In this document: piece by piece, positions 63,958-64,000 of the stretch | How positions within the stretch are numbered: the first letter of the stretch is position 1 | Layout of the letters: every line of letters begins with the position of its first letter | From: Paramoeba atlantica | Lineage: Eukaryota > Protista > Discosea | Assembly (NCBI GenBank): GCA_977017575.1 | Contig: CDRNVI010000138.1 | Location: 40,214-104,213 of the forward strand | Direction: 5' to 3' | Length of the DNA: 64,000 nucleotides | Made by a program: the position numbers and the translations under genes | The notes under the pieces: model-generated | What the model was told of the DNA's origin: nothing | Seen by the model: only the letters and a program-made list of their open reading frames with translations | Database searches by the model: none

Positions 63958-64000
63958 TTTTTTTTTTTTAAAGGTTCAGACACCAGGTGCCATTTATTAG
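63958..64000 (-). mobile_element. 3' end and poly(A) of a second copy of the same LINE (continues beyond the window)
   Basis: The reverse complement CTAATAAATGGCACCTGGTGTCTGAACCTT is identical to 63055-63084, followed by one extra T and a 12-nt A-run. Confidence 0.85.

Noticed and set aside
63055-64000. The 30-bp inverted repeat pair read as TIRs of a ~950-bp DNA transposon
   Set aside because: Each arm is AATAAA plus a poly(A) tail pointing inward, and the left arm belongs to a TSD-bounded RNase H element. Two oppositely oriented LINE 3' ends explain it better.

Overview
Eukaryotic, AT-rich, intron-dense genomic DNA. The gene content (Frizzled/Smoothened-like 7TM receptor, multi-domain RasGAP, CRIB-PAK) suggests an amoebozoan, but that is inference only. 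Bases 350-60905 hold 13 tightly packed, mostly alternately oriented genes: RPN7, V-ATPase F, an LRR/Cys-rich protein, MAF1, a 27-kb midasin, a CRAL-TRIO+RhoGAP, an MFS transporter, a triple-RasGAP protein, SmG, IDI1, a PAK kinase, a Frizzled-like GPCR and a frameshifted ankyrin gene. I placed exons by hand from reading-frame continuity. From about 59.9 kb the sequence abruptly loses CpG and becomes a nested transposon island. It contains a TSD-flanked, tRNA-headed SINE-like element and a 5'-truncated RNase H-bearing LINE (17-bp TSD, two CGA>TGA-type stops). It also holds a younger CpG-intact chromodomain LTR retrotransposon, with a second copy of the same LINE inserted into it. The strongest candidates for an undescribed system are (1) this SINE/LINE pair with targeted CpG decay, (2) an unusual splicing dialect with GTT-type donors and A-tract/AAG acceptors, and (3) repeated duplication of exon boundaries into adjacent introns. 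All counts are manual and approximate. No database searches were run.
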